Assembly (NCBI RefSeq): GCF_022539665.2
Contig: NC_081331.1
Span: forward strand, 9,424,001 to 9,488,000
DNA length: 64,000 bases
Source of the DNA: Daphnia carinata
Lineage: Eukaryota
Reading direction: 5' to 3'
Shown in pieces: positions 25,642 through 36,200 of this stretch (position 1 is the stretch's first letter; every line of letters begins with the position of its first letter). A program made the translations under genes and the position numbers. The notes under the pieces are model-generated. The model saw only the letters and a program-made list of their open reading frames with translations. It made no database searches and was not told the DNA's origin.

Positions 25642-28600
25642 TTACGAGGGTAGCACTGAGTTGCAAGAATAGTCATACATTACGACAAGAAAAAATTGTG
25701 ATACGAAATTTGACAACAGGTAGAGAACACAGCTACATGAGCGAATCAATGGTTTTCGGTTGCTAGTTGACTTCGTAATCTTCGAATCTCTTCGGGAGGT
25801 TACAGTTGCGTCTGGGCGACCGGTTGGCCTTTGGTGACCGATGTGTTCTCCTGGATCTGGAGTGTTGGAGTCAACAGGGCTTTCCGGTTCTGTTCTCTCC
25901 CTGTCGTTGCTCGGCACATTTCCTAAAAGATTTTCGTTATGCTGATTTTGCTGATCAAGTTCTTCGTCTTCTTCGGGGTTGCAATGAACGTCTGGGCTTC
26001 CGACTGTTCCGGTTACTTCTTTGAAGTAAAAAATGTTTCGAGTGACTGTGTGGGTCCCGCGGCTTGCTGTGATCATGTTCCCTTTGACAGCGACTACAGT
26101 GTAGATTTCCGGATGGAAGGGAGGGTCAATCTTGTTGCGGACGCTGTCTTTTCGGAGAAGAACCTTGTCGCCTAAGTTGAATACGCGGAGTTGAGCGTGC
26201 TTGTCTGCGTGTTTTTTCATGTTCGCTTTTTGTTGGGCATCTTTCAGGCGGATTTTGTCGTCTGTTGCGTTAGAGTTGGTGAATTCTGGAATCCGTGTTC
26301 TTAGCGGCCGGCCAAATAACGCGGTTGCAGGTGGTACTCCTGTTGTTGAGTGGGGTGTTGCCCGATAGTTTAAAAGGAATGTAGAGATGTTCTCTTTCCA
26401 TGACAGACCTTCGCCGGCCAAACACCGGATTGTTTTCTTCAGGGTCTTCATAAAACGTTCGACGCCACCGTTAGCTTGTGGCCACAGAGGGGTGACTTTG
26501 CGATGTTGAAAGTTGAATTCCTCCGCGAAGTCTTTCATATTCTTGCTCGAGAATGGTGGACCGTTGTCACTTTTGAGTGTTGTTGGGATGCCAAACATGG
26601 CGAAAACCTCTTTCAATCTGGGGATTACGGCGTTCGCCGATGTGCTGGAGACTTTTTGTATGACCGGGTAACGTGAGTAATAGTCATAGATTACAAGAAG
26701 ATGATTGTTATCGGGCAATTGTGCAAAATCCACGCTGATCTCGGTCCATGGCCCGGACGGGAGCTGTGACATCAGCAGAGGTTCAGGTCGCACAGTTGGG
26801 TTGGCTGCCATGCATGGGATGCAAGAGCTAATCCTTATTTCGACCAGCTTGTCTATTCCAGGGAACCACACTTTTTCTCTGATCAGGCTTTTCGTCTTCA
26901 CAATTCCCGGATGACATTGGTGCGCTGTCTTTATTACGCGATCAGTGAGCTCTTGGGGAATGACCAGCTTCGAACCCTTAAGCAGTAGTAGACCTTCAGT
27001 GGATTGTACTCGTGACAGTTGGTTCAGGACAAGTTTGAATGCTCTGACGCGCTCGGACTCACCAGGCGTTAGGTTTTCTTGTTTGGTGTCACGTTTGCGA
27101 TCAAGTATTTTAGCTATGGCCTGGATCGCTTTGTCTCGTGCGGTAGCTTCTGCCACTTCCTTGATGGTAACGGCTTTTGGTGCTGACGTCATTGCGATGT
27201 GGTTGACATAGTTCTCAGCGATTACTTCTTCTCTTGACGGGGTCCTGTTCTGATGGGCTGGATGGCGTGAGATGAAGTCAGCCGGGTTGTTCTTACCGGG
27301 TTGATACTTGACTTCAAACTCGTATTGCTGAAGCTTGAGTAACCATCTTTCAATTCGGGCTGGAGGTTGAATCAACGGTTTGTTGAAAATGGTTTCCAGT
27401 GGCTTATGGTCCGTTATTACTGAGAACTTGTTACCTATGAGATACAAATGAAAATGCAGTATTGCCCAGGTGATTGCGAGAGCTTCGTGCTCTGTTTGGG
27501 AGTAGCGAGATTCGACGTCGGTTAAACGTCTGCTGGCGAACGCGACTGGGGTTTGACTGGTGTCTTTTGATGTTTGCGCTAGGATCGCACCAAGCCCGGT
27601 TGGGCTGGCGTCAACAATTAAAGAAGTCGATTTTTTTACGTCGTAGTACGCCAGCGTTACTGCATTCTTTAGACGGTTCTTGAGCTCCTGAAATGCTGTT
27701 TGTTCTTTGGTACTCCATGCCCATTCGGTTTTCTTGTGGGTGAGTTTTCTCAAAGGTTCACTGATGCTTGCAGCGTCCGCTATGAACCTACTGCAGAATG
27801 TAATCATGCCGAGGAAACTTGATACCTCGTCCGGTCCAGATGGATGGGCGGCTTCGTCGATAGCCTGAACCTTGGCTTTGTCAGGGGCGATCCCGTCTTC
27901 GCTAAAGTGAAGACCAAAATACGTGACTTCCCTGTTCCCGAACTCACATTTTCCAAAGTTGAGGGTGAGGTTGCGCTCCTGGAGCCTTCGTAGCACTTTC
28001 CGAAGATTCTGGTCATGTTCACCTCTGGATCTTCCGGTCACGAGTATATCGTCGCTGCGGTTGACGACACCGGGAATGCCACTAATTATTTGCCTTATGA
28101 CATCGTCGAAGATTTCTGCGGCGCAGTTTATGCCAAAGTTAAGTCTCTTGTAGCGGAACAGTCCACGATGGCTAGCGAAAGTTGTGATGAAACGAGATTC
28201 CGGCATGAGCTCTAACTGATGGTAACCTTGGTTCATGTCGAGCTTTGAAAAGAATTTGGCTCCATTTAAATCGACCACGAGGTCTTCGATGGTGGGAATG
28301 ACGTGGCGGGTGCGCATTATTGCCTTGTTTGGAGCGCGCATGTCTACGCACACACGAAACTTGCCGGGCTGCTTTGGTTTTGGAACCACAATACAGGGTG
28401 ATACCCATGGGGTTGGACCTTCCGTAACTGGTTCGATGATATCTTCTTGCAAAAGCTTTTGAATCTCCTCCTCGACGGCTTTCCTGAGATGGAACCCAAC
28501 ACGCCGGTGTTTCTGCGTGACTGGAGGAACCGATGGGTCGATGTGTAGTTTCACGGTGTAATTCTTCATTTTGCCAGTGCCTTTGAAGAGTGAGGTAAAT

Positions 28601-29343
28601 TCGCATTTTAGCTGTTCGTATCTGGCTTGTGTATGAGTTGTGTTTATGATTTTGACGAGCTTCAGGTCTTTGGCAGTTTCACAACTCAGTAGGTTGTCGG
28701 CATTGTTCTCAGCGCTTACGTACACCGTAACTTTCGACTCTGCATGCTTGGACCTGATGATTGTTGAGAATTTCCCTTTAATATCAAGCGGTTTGTTTCC
28801 GTACGCATTGATCACTGTGTTGGTTGGTTTCAGAACGGGCCTCGGATTTAATTTTTTAAATGTTTTCAACCCGATCATGTTACATGTCGATCCTGTGTCG
28901 ATCATCATTGCGATTTTGGTTTCGCCGACCTGTATTGACGTCATCGGTCTCTTCTGGTTGTTGATGGCGCAGACGGAAAACACCGACTCATCGCTTGATT
29001 CGTCGGAAGAGTTTATCGCTTGGTTCTGTAGCTTTTGTGTGATTTCTTTTATCTCCTGTGTGCCACTTGAGGGGTTGCACTGATTGGAGCTTCTGCACAT
29101 TTTCGCAAAATGATTTGGCTTGTTGCATTTTGTGCATGTTTTGCCTATGGCTGGACATTGTACTCCATCCGCGTGTGGGAATTTCATTCCGCAGTTCCAA
29201 CATACATTTTTGCTTGGGCAGATTCTGTTTTTGTGTGGCCACTCTTCCCCGCAATCCCAACATTTGCCAGTTTCTTTGCTCTGAAGTGGTGCTTGCCAAG
29301 AAGTTTTTCTTCGTTGTGGATACTTTTTTTGTGTGTGTTTCAT
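25642..29343 (-). CDS. pol: Zinc knuckles + Pol polyprotein (protease, RT, RNase H, integrase)
   Basis: CxxC knuckles; IDTGS protease; WVSPCIVVPK, LDMNQGYHQ, RLNFG, SDDILV (RT); DASPTGLGA, YSQTEHEALAI, TDHKPL (RNase H); H-H-C-C, VDFA, SDNGPPF, QANGGVER (integrase). Confidence 0.95.
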   Translation of the reverse strand: MKHTQKKYPQRRKTSWQAPLQSKETGKCWDCGEEWPHKNRICPSKNVCWNCGMKFPHADGVQCPAIGKTCTKCNKPNHFAKMCRSSNQCNPSSGTQEIKEITQKLQNQAINSSDESSDESVFSVCAINNQKRPMTSIQVGETKIAMMIDTGSTCNMIGLKTFKKLNPRPVLKPTNTVINAYGNKPLDIKGKFSTIIRSKHAESKVTVYVSAENNADNLLSCETAKDLKLVKIINTTHTQARYEQLKCEFTSLFKGTGKMKNYTVKLHIDPSVPPVTQKHRRVGFHLRKAVEEEIQKLLQEDIIEPVTEGPTPWVSPCIVVPKPKQPGKFRVCVDMRAPNKAIMRTRHVIPTIEDLVVDLNGAKFFSKLDMNQGYHQLELMPESRFITTFASHRGLFRYKRLNFGINCAAEIFDDVIRQIISGIPGVVNRSDDILVTGRSRGEHDQNLRKVLRRLQERNLTLNFGKCEFGNREVTYFGLHFSEDGIAPDKAKVQAIDEAAHPSGPDEVSSFLGMITFCSRFIADAASISEPLRKLTHKKTEWAWSTKEQTAFQELKNRLKNAVTLAYYDVKKSTSLIVDASPTGLGAILAQTSKDTSQTPVAFASRRLTDVESRYSQTEHEALAITWAILHFHLYLIGNKFSVITDHKPLETIFNKPLIQPPARIERWLLKLQQYEFEVKYQPGKNNPADFISRHPAHQNRTPSREEVIAENYVNHIAMTSAPKAVTIKEVAEATARDKAIQAIAKILDRKRDTKQENLTPGESERVRAFKLVLNQLSRVQSTEGLLLLKGSKLVIPQELTDRVIKTAHQCHPGIVKTKSLIREKVWFPGIDKLVEIRISSCIPCMAANPTVRPEPLLMSQLPSGPWTEISVDFAQLPDNNHLLVIYDYYSRYPVIQKVSSTSANAVIPRLKEVFAMFGIPTTLKSDNGPPFSSKNMKDFAEEFNFQHRKVTPLWPQANGGVERFMKTLKKTIRCLAGEGLSWKENISTFLLNYRATPHSTTGVPPATALFGRPLRTRIPEFTNSNATDDKIRLKDAQQKANMKKHADKHAQLRVFNLGDKVLLRKDSVRNKIDPPFHPEIYTVVAVKGNMITASRGTHTVTRNIFYFKEVTGTVGSPDVHCNPEEDEELDQQNQHNENLLGNVPSNDRERTEPESPVDSNTPDPGEHIGHQRPTGRPDATVTSRRDSKITKSTSNRKPLIRSCSCVLYLLSNFVSQFFLVVMYDYSCNSVLPS

Positions 29344-29938
29344 TGCGTTTGCAGACTTGGTTGTATTTCTCTATGTTTTCCTCATAGTGATTAGCTGCTT
29401 CGGCTGATCTAGAGTGTTCTAGCATCTTACTCAGGGACAGCTGATCACGTAGACAGACCTTCCTAAATGAGCTTGACAGGCATCCTTGGATGACTTGAAA
29501 CTTGATTTCACGATCGTCGTCTGGGAAATCACAGAGTGTTGCTTGCTTGCGAAGCCTGGTGACATAAGCGTCCATTGTTTCACCATCTTCCTGTCGCAGT
29601 TTCCTGAACTTGTATACTTCAAGCTCAATGTTCTGTTTAGGCTGGAAGTAAGTTTGCAGCAAGGGCTTCGTTTTTGAGTATGATTCTTTGTCTTCGTCTT
29701 CGCCCGATAGGGTGTCATACACGTCGGCCACTTCAGATCCGGCGTAGTGCAGCATCAGGGCGAGTCGTCGTTTGTCGATTGCTGCTTTCTGTGCGTTTGT
29801 ATTAGAGTCCTCTTCTACAATGTTCATGGCCAAGAGCATTGTCTCGAACCTGGACACCCATTTCTTCCAACGTGCGCCAACGTTTTGAGGGTCGTCACTA
29901 ATGGAGAAACTTTCGAAGGCTGGTAATGCGAATGCCAT
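28988..29938 (-). CDS. gag: Retrotransposon Gag (capsid-like part); true Gag continues into the pol frame near 29330-29370
   Basis: RWKKWVSRFE, LMLHYAGSEVADVYDTL, YFQPKQNIELEVYKFRKLRQEDGETMDAYVTRLRKQATLCDF are typical Mag-clade gag motifs. Confidence 0.88.
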   Translation of the reverse strand: MAFALPAFESFSISDDPQNVGARWKKWVSRFETMLLAMNIVEEDSNTNAQKAAIDKRRLALMLHYAGSEVADVYDTLSGEDEDKESYSKTKPLLQTYFQPKQNIELEVYKFRKLRQEDGETMDAYVTRLRKQATLCDFPDDDREIKFQVIQGCLSSSFRKVCLRDQLSLSKMLEHSRSAEAANHYEENIEKYNQVCKRNETHTKKVSTTKKNFLASTTSEQRNWQMLGLRGRVATQKQNLPKQKCMLELRNEIPTRGWSTMSSHRQNMHKMQQAKSFCENVQKLQSVQPLKWHTGDKRNHTKATEPSDKLFRRIKR

Positions 29939-30012
29939 TTCAGTGGGCTTAGTTTATTCCAGAAGCACTATTTTCACTGTTTTCCTTTTATACACTTTCA
30001 CCTCGTCGCCAA

Positions 30013-30183
30013 TGTAATGTCCTGTGTTATATCAATCCAGCAACTAGTCGGATGCCAATGATTCAATTTAGATTAGGCGGATAGGTTGTGACCATGCTCC
30101 TTGGCTGGCTATCACGTACTGTATTCGTCTCTAGTCCCCCCACATAGCAACAGCGTTATCTGGTGGCTGTATCAAACATTACA
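30013..30183 (-). repeat. 5' LTR
   Basis: Direct repeat of 25377-25547; followed on the minus strand by the PBS at 30001-30011. Confidence 0.96.
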
Positions 30184-30431
30184 TCTAATATATTGCGATA
30201 CATTATATATGTCTTATAAAAGTTATTTTTAAGAGAAATTTTTTAAACCTTCTTTAAATCTGAATTCTGTCCCTGGCTTCTGTTGAGCTTCAGGACCCAT
30301 TGTTGTTCAAAGCAGACGCTAATTACTTGCTACGTCACGAGACTTAAGGGCGCGTTGGTGCCATGTTTCCAATAATTTGACCGTCTTTGAGCGCCCACTA
30401 GCCAATAAAAAGGGCTGACAAATTTCATGTA

Positions 30432-31374
30432 CAGTATGTTCCAAAAAAATCCGACTACCCCCCTTTAAAAAAAATGCCCCCTATCAACGTATACCTAAGT
30501 TACTTAGTAGTTTAGGGGGGTTATGTTAGGATACGGGAAAATGCGGGAAAAAAATGCAGTAGACGTTACCATAGAAACGAGACATGAATTAGCTAGTGTC
30601 TTGAATCTCTAAGAGGTGAGACAAATTGCCGGCAGGCAAAGCCAAAAATTTTTACAAATCTACTACAAATTGTATTTGCAGTAGGCTACGGGAGACAGAC
30701 TTTGGGATGGGAAGTCTCGTTTCCATGGTAACAAATTTAACGAATCATGGCTTACGCGCCTTTTTTTAAATATTTGTTCTTATGCGTTAAATTAGCATAA
30801 AAACGGGGGTTCGATTATAAAACTGATACAGTTCATATAAATGTTTCGCGAAAATAGCGCAAAACAATTAATTTTCGGGAAATTTGATTCGTAGTTGTGA
30901 GTACCCGGTTAGGCCTAACGATACCACACCCCTTCTTTCTACAACAGTTAATGAACTGATGAATAACTAATGAACTGTGGCAGTTCTATAATCCAACCCC
31001 CGTTTTTATACTAATTTAACGCATCAGAACAAAGATTTTGAAAAAGGCGCGTATGCCATGATTCATTAAATTAGTTACCATGGAGACGAGACTTCCCATC
31101 CCGAAGTCTGTCTCCCGTAGCCTACTACAAACACAATTTGTGGAAGATTTTTAAAAATTTTTGTCTTTGCCTAACGGCAATTTGTCTTACCTCTTAGCGA
31201 TGTAAAGACGCGAGCTGATTCATGTCTGGTTTCCATAGAAACGTCTAGTATAGTTTTTTCCGCGTTTTCCCATATCCTAGCATAACCCACCTAAAGTACT
31301 AAGTAACTTAACTAAGTGTTGATAGGGGGCATTTTTTTTTAAGGAGGGTAGTCGGATTTTTTTGGAACATACTG
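30432..31374. mobile_element. Tc1/mariner-type MITE / foldback element with ~400-bp inverted arms and TA TSD
   Basis: TA|CAGTATGTTCCAAAAAAATCCGACTACCC at 30430 and GGGTAGTCGGATTTTTTTGGAACATACTG|TA ending 31376. Arms ~30432-30836 and ~30970-31374 are imperfect reverse complements around a ~130-bp spacer. Confidence 0.9.
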
Positions 31375-32934
31375 TACAGTATCCTGCACAAAAAGAAGAA
31401 CACCCGATTTAATTTTTAAAAGCCATCTATGGGTAAAATATATTAATTATTGACCTTTTTTAAATAGGGTTAGGGCGGGTTTGGCGCAAAAACGCTATAA
31501 GTTGGGAAGTGTAGTTTAAGTCCAGACACCTCTTGCTAAGGCCTCAGGTGTTACGAAAAATGTCTCACAGGATGAACATGAGGAAAAGCACACAGGATAA
31601 TATAAGTATTCGCGAGAAACAATTCTAGTTACACCTATTAAGCGATTAAACCGAAACAAATTGTGTGGACCACTTAAAAACACCTAAGCATGCGACATCG
31701 TACAGGCTAGGAACTTTGTAATTGCTTGTGTCTGAGAGTAGCCTACTAGGTAGCAAATTGGGCTGGTAGATGGACGTTCGAGCTGATCGGAATGATGGTC
31801 ACACAATCAAGTTGACTAAAACAAAGCTTACCGTGACTAGTGGAGTGCTTAAGAAATGATCCGGATGGATCAGTGGTTTTTTGGGGAAATGCAACCTTGT
31901 TTCCAATCACTATTGCTTTTTTCAAAATAATTAGTTGTTCAGATAATACCAAGAAGAAAGGCGTAATGCAAATCGGCTTTAGCGACGGAGGACATTTCGA
32001 CAACAGATTCAGAAAGGAATAAAATAAGTCGTAGCAATTCCAGGAAAGGGAAACAAACATTCGACAACAGGAGTCCCCATCACCTCCTCCACCTTCTTTG
32101 TCTCTTCCATCGTCTGGTATAGGTTATTACTAAGTAAAATTCACATAATATACAAAACAAAACAATCTTTTCTATCAGTACTCCCAGTTCCGCTTTTTTA
32201 ACAGATTGCCTGCTTCTTCCTTTACCTCCACGATTTTTTTTTCAGATTATTAGAAGAAATTGTGTACCGTCTACAGATTTTTAAAGTTTTGAAAAATTGA
32301 GGGAGGAGCCTGTGGTGTTGGGTGAATTTGGACACCAGGGTGAGTGATGATATACAGGGGGGATAATCTATACAGTAACAATGAATTACCCGTGTATCAT
32401 GGTGGCAATCGATAGAGTAACCACAGCTCCAACATCCGCTTCTCACCTCTTTCTAGCCTATTTATCCTGATATTTACTCCAAAATATAATATAATTTAAT
32501 TTTTTCGAATTTAAAGTATTATTTATTTATGTGCAAATTCTATGAAAATTTTAAACCGCTGATGTCGTAGTTGAAAAAAAAGCGCAGAATCGACATGATA
32601 ATGGTAAAATCATGGTGGTAAAATCAGCATATTAAAACGGCTGCGGCAACGTTGTAAAAGGCGGCAAAAATAGTTCTTTTATTTGTTTTCGCTATCCTGC
32701 CCTGTAGAAGCACGAAGGAGGAAAGGAGGAGACTCTGCTCCCATAAGGCCATTTCGAAAATTTTGTGCCGACAGTGCCTCGGCAGAGAACTAGTTCTTTT
32801 ATCTGCCACCAGATGCGAAGAGTATCCAGTTATTAAAAGTTTTGGCTTTTTGTTGCCATCGTTATGGTTTTCGTTTGTTACGCGTTTATCAGCGAAAAGT
32901 TTTATTGTTCCATCGTAGCTGACAAGGAAAATAT

Positions 32935-33115
32935 CTTGATGCAGTGTCCTGGTTGCAGAACTGTATAAAAACCAACCAAAAAATATCGAATCCTATAAAT
33001 CCTAGTATGTTTCGTATCTGCAAAGACTGTGGACTAAGGAAGAAATTGATTGCTGCAATTGGCATAGAAAATTGGATGCCCAATTTAAATAGCAGAATAT
33101 GCTCTCGTGACTGGC
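32935..33115 (+). pseudogene. Degenerate THAP-domain fragment (P-element/THAP relic)
   Basis: Frameshifted C..PGC start, then SMFRICKDCGLRKKLIAAIGIENWMPNLNSRICSRDW. This resembles THAP FFRxPKDxxLRKKWIxAI..W.P...RICSxHF with the key P, W and H residues lost. Confidence 0.65.
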
Positions 33116-33260
33116 GATTGTCGCTTTAATCCCAGATATATTGAAAACGAAATCATATACGTTGGCCGGCATGCGAGGCTGTTTTACCAATTACCATAAG
33201 CAATACCGCTGTAACAGATAAAGATCGTAACGACGGCAACAAAAAAACCAGGTTTTAAAC

Positions 33261-36200
33261 GGGACAGAGTCTTTTGGGCGAGTTACAAAAAGGACTCCAG
33301 GGTTTCCGACTTTTGGTTGCAGGTTTCCGACACTTGGACATCTGGTACCCGACGAAAGGACATCTGTTCACCGACGTTTGGACTAGTGGTCCCCGACATT
33401 TGGGCGCAACAATATATTGTTGCTGAACCCAACGAGCGCTACACTTTCCGACAAGAGGACTCCCGTGCCATCGACATTAGGACTTTTTTTTTTATTGATG
33501 ATTAGTATTGTATACGTCAAACGGACTCCCGATCTAGCGACAAATGGACTCTCCATACAGTTACACGTTGATTGTTTTATTTCTATTACCTTATATTTTA
33601 TACATACTTTTGCCAAGTAGGTAGGATATTTAATTAATGTTATTATTATAGAGATGTTTTTCTATGCTGTATCTGTTTATAAATTGTACTATTTGTATTA
33701 CAGAAAAAAGTATTAATAAAACTATTAGTTTAGCCCCATTTGCAATTGTATTGTTTACTTTTTGGCCATGGCGTTTGACCGAAACCAAGGTGTTATTTAC
33801 GAATTAGTGCAAAATTACGTGAAATCGAAAGCATGTCTCGCGCACCTGAAGTCCTATGTAGAACAAGACAGTGTTGTAATGAGAGCTGCAACTGGACACG
33901 ATTGGGGAAAGTTAAAAGCTAATGCCACATATGGCATTATTGCATCTCCTGATAATCCACAGAGGATAAATGCTGTAAGTTTCAGGTATTGTTTTTATTC
34001 ATATTGAATTGTAATCGTAAGCCATGTCACAAACCCAGAATAATCAATTGATCGTTCATTATTGTATATTTAACTATTGTAACAAAGAATTACATTGTTT
34101 AGGAAAACTAACTTCGTCTATTTGTTTTGTTGTTGTTAACTTTTTTTCCAAAAAACTGTATGCCGAAGTGCCATAGAGACCGAAGAGACTTTCATTCAGA
34201 CGCAAATGTATTGATTTTTCGTAATATTTATAATGAATGCAAGAAAAATCCAATCAAGGAGAAAAAAGAAAAGCGCGTCAAGGCAGAGTAGAGATTATTC
34301 TTCCCGTAGTTGATTTTAGGTGTGTTTTCAATAAAAATGAGATGATTTTCAATTGGAAACCCTGCTAACTTTTCATGCTAAGAGAGATTAAAATATTAAG
34401 TTATCGCTTAACTCAAGAACTTGGATTTCACGATAGAAGTTTACTTACGCAATAAAGAGGTCCATATATTTTACAGTCAATTACACAGGAGGCCAAAGGG
34501 TATTGATTTCTTCATGAAGTGATTCAGGTACCCAGGCTTTATAGGCCCCCAGGAGATAGAATTTATCTTTTTGCCAAGCGGCAAGAAGCGAATCTAAGCT
34601 ATCGAGATTACCAATTGTCAGTTGTTGAAGTAACACTTGTGTCTTGGGCTGGAGTTTCACCCATGTCTTGACCATTGTTGATGGAGTTGACAGCAGAGCT
34701 GCCGTGTATCTACATAACAAAATTACTTATTTAGTACGGCTGGAAAATATGAACAAAACTAGAGCCAATACGTACTTTGCTAGAGGACGACAAACCTCTC
34801 CATTAAGGAAAAACTGGGCTAAAAACTTGAACCGGTCGATACCAGCTGGATATTCAAGCTCCATTACAGGCAGAGGCCAACCACTTCTCCCAAATGTAAC
34901 ATTCATGTGACACATTACACGGCCCTGGTCTGAATCATAACCAGGGGCAGAAAGCTCCAAGGGGGCAGAGAAGGTGCACTGTGTAGGACTGAATATAGGC
35001 AGCCATTCGGGTTTGATGGCCCTAATACCACGCAAATAGATTTTGTTGGCATGTTCATAAATGTCCTGATAAATGATCCATTCAGGGTGCGAATAGCGCA
35101 AGATACTCGATGAGTTCAAGAAGACAGGATCTTCCATTTCTGGGCAGCGATAAGCGTATTTGTACTTTCTACAGTCTTCGGTTTCCTTGATTTCATTTGG
35201 AGGTATTCGCTTAGCCACGTGATCGGGAAGTCCAGCCATCAGAATCTGACGCAAAAGTTTGGCTTGCAATTCAGTAGGGGGGCGCCATGCGAGGGTCAAC
35301 CACAATCGATGCAGTGCCCGATGGTAAATTCAAGTTCGTTTCGTTTGTCAGCTAGACCCGCAGTTTTCGGACTTCACGAAGAGCTTTGCTACGTATCCCG
35401 TTCGTGGAACAAAACGCTTCAATATCACCCGAGTACTCGGCGGCGCCAACAGCACGCAGGAGTACCATGGGGTCTCCTAAAAGTAGGGACTGTCCCGTTC
35501 CAGCCCAGGATAGACGTTGACCAAGCCACCTTCTGTGAGTATCGCCTGCTACAGAATCGGCTGGCTGATCCAGCACAAGTTCTTGTACTAATAGGGCAGC
35601 CACCAGAGTAATGCTCAGCTGACGTAGGTCATTTTGTTGGCTTAATAATAACATCTTTGCAAAGCGCGGTGCTAATGGATAAGCTGCCATGGCTCTGCCA
35701 AGTGGAGTGATTTTTGACATCCATTCTTGGCTTTCTGTAAATGCTAAAATGAATTTTCAATATTTTAAAATGTAATTGAAAAACAGTACGAATCTTATGT
35801 TTGAGTCCTACGCTGCGTGGCGGCGGTTCCAGTGCATTTAGCAACAACAACCGTCGCTCAGCTGCGAATAGTTGCTGAATATCAGGTGGTGTGGGGAAAG
35901 GAAAGTGAATAACTTTTTCAATGTCCATTGATTTCATTTGCAGAACTAAGTCGTCGATGGGTCTGGAATAAAACTTTGTTATACTTCCCTTGACAGTAGC
36001 CAAATCTATAATAATAATACCTTCGCGCGATATCTGGCAAGGAAAATTTTTCAAACTCGTCATTAAAGACGTCAAAAGAATAGAGTCGGTAACAATGTCC
36101 CGGGCCGGTACGACCAGCTCGACCAGCACGTTGATTAATATCCCCTTCGCTAAAAAAAAAAAGGAATTACAAACTCTTAGACAATTAATACTACCAGACG

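Larger units (their letters stand above)
25377..30183 (-). mobile_element. Full-length Ty3/gypsy LTR retrotransposon (Mag-like), 4.8 kb
   Basis: 171-bp LTRs TGT...ACA (25377-25547, 30013-30183), TSD TCTAA (25372-25376, 30184-30188), PBS TGGCGACGAGG, and domain order gag-PR-RT-RNaseH-IN. Confidence 0.97.

Noticed and set aside
28040..28065. RT motif RSDD instead of YxDD as a sign of inactivity
   Set aside because: xSDD variants occur in Mag-like gypsy RTs and both catalytic aspartates are present.
31750..32450. Exon-like relics with a short direct repeat (TTCGACAACAG)
   Set aside because: Stops in all frames and no recognisable homology.
33255..33258. TTAA TSD (Kolobok/piggyBac) reading of the large TIR element
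   Set aside because: The longer 8-bp direct repeat with equal-length GG termini and long TIRs fits a MULE better; not fully excluded.
33301..33480. Periodic CCGAC repeats resembling a CRISPR array
   Set aside because: Eukaryotic context, degenerate ~22-bp tandem units without unique spacers, no cas genes; explained as TIR sub-repeats.
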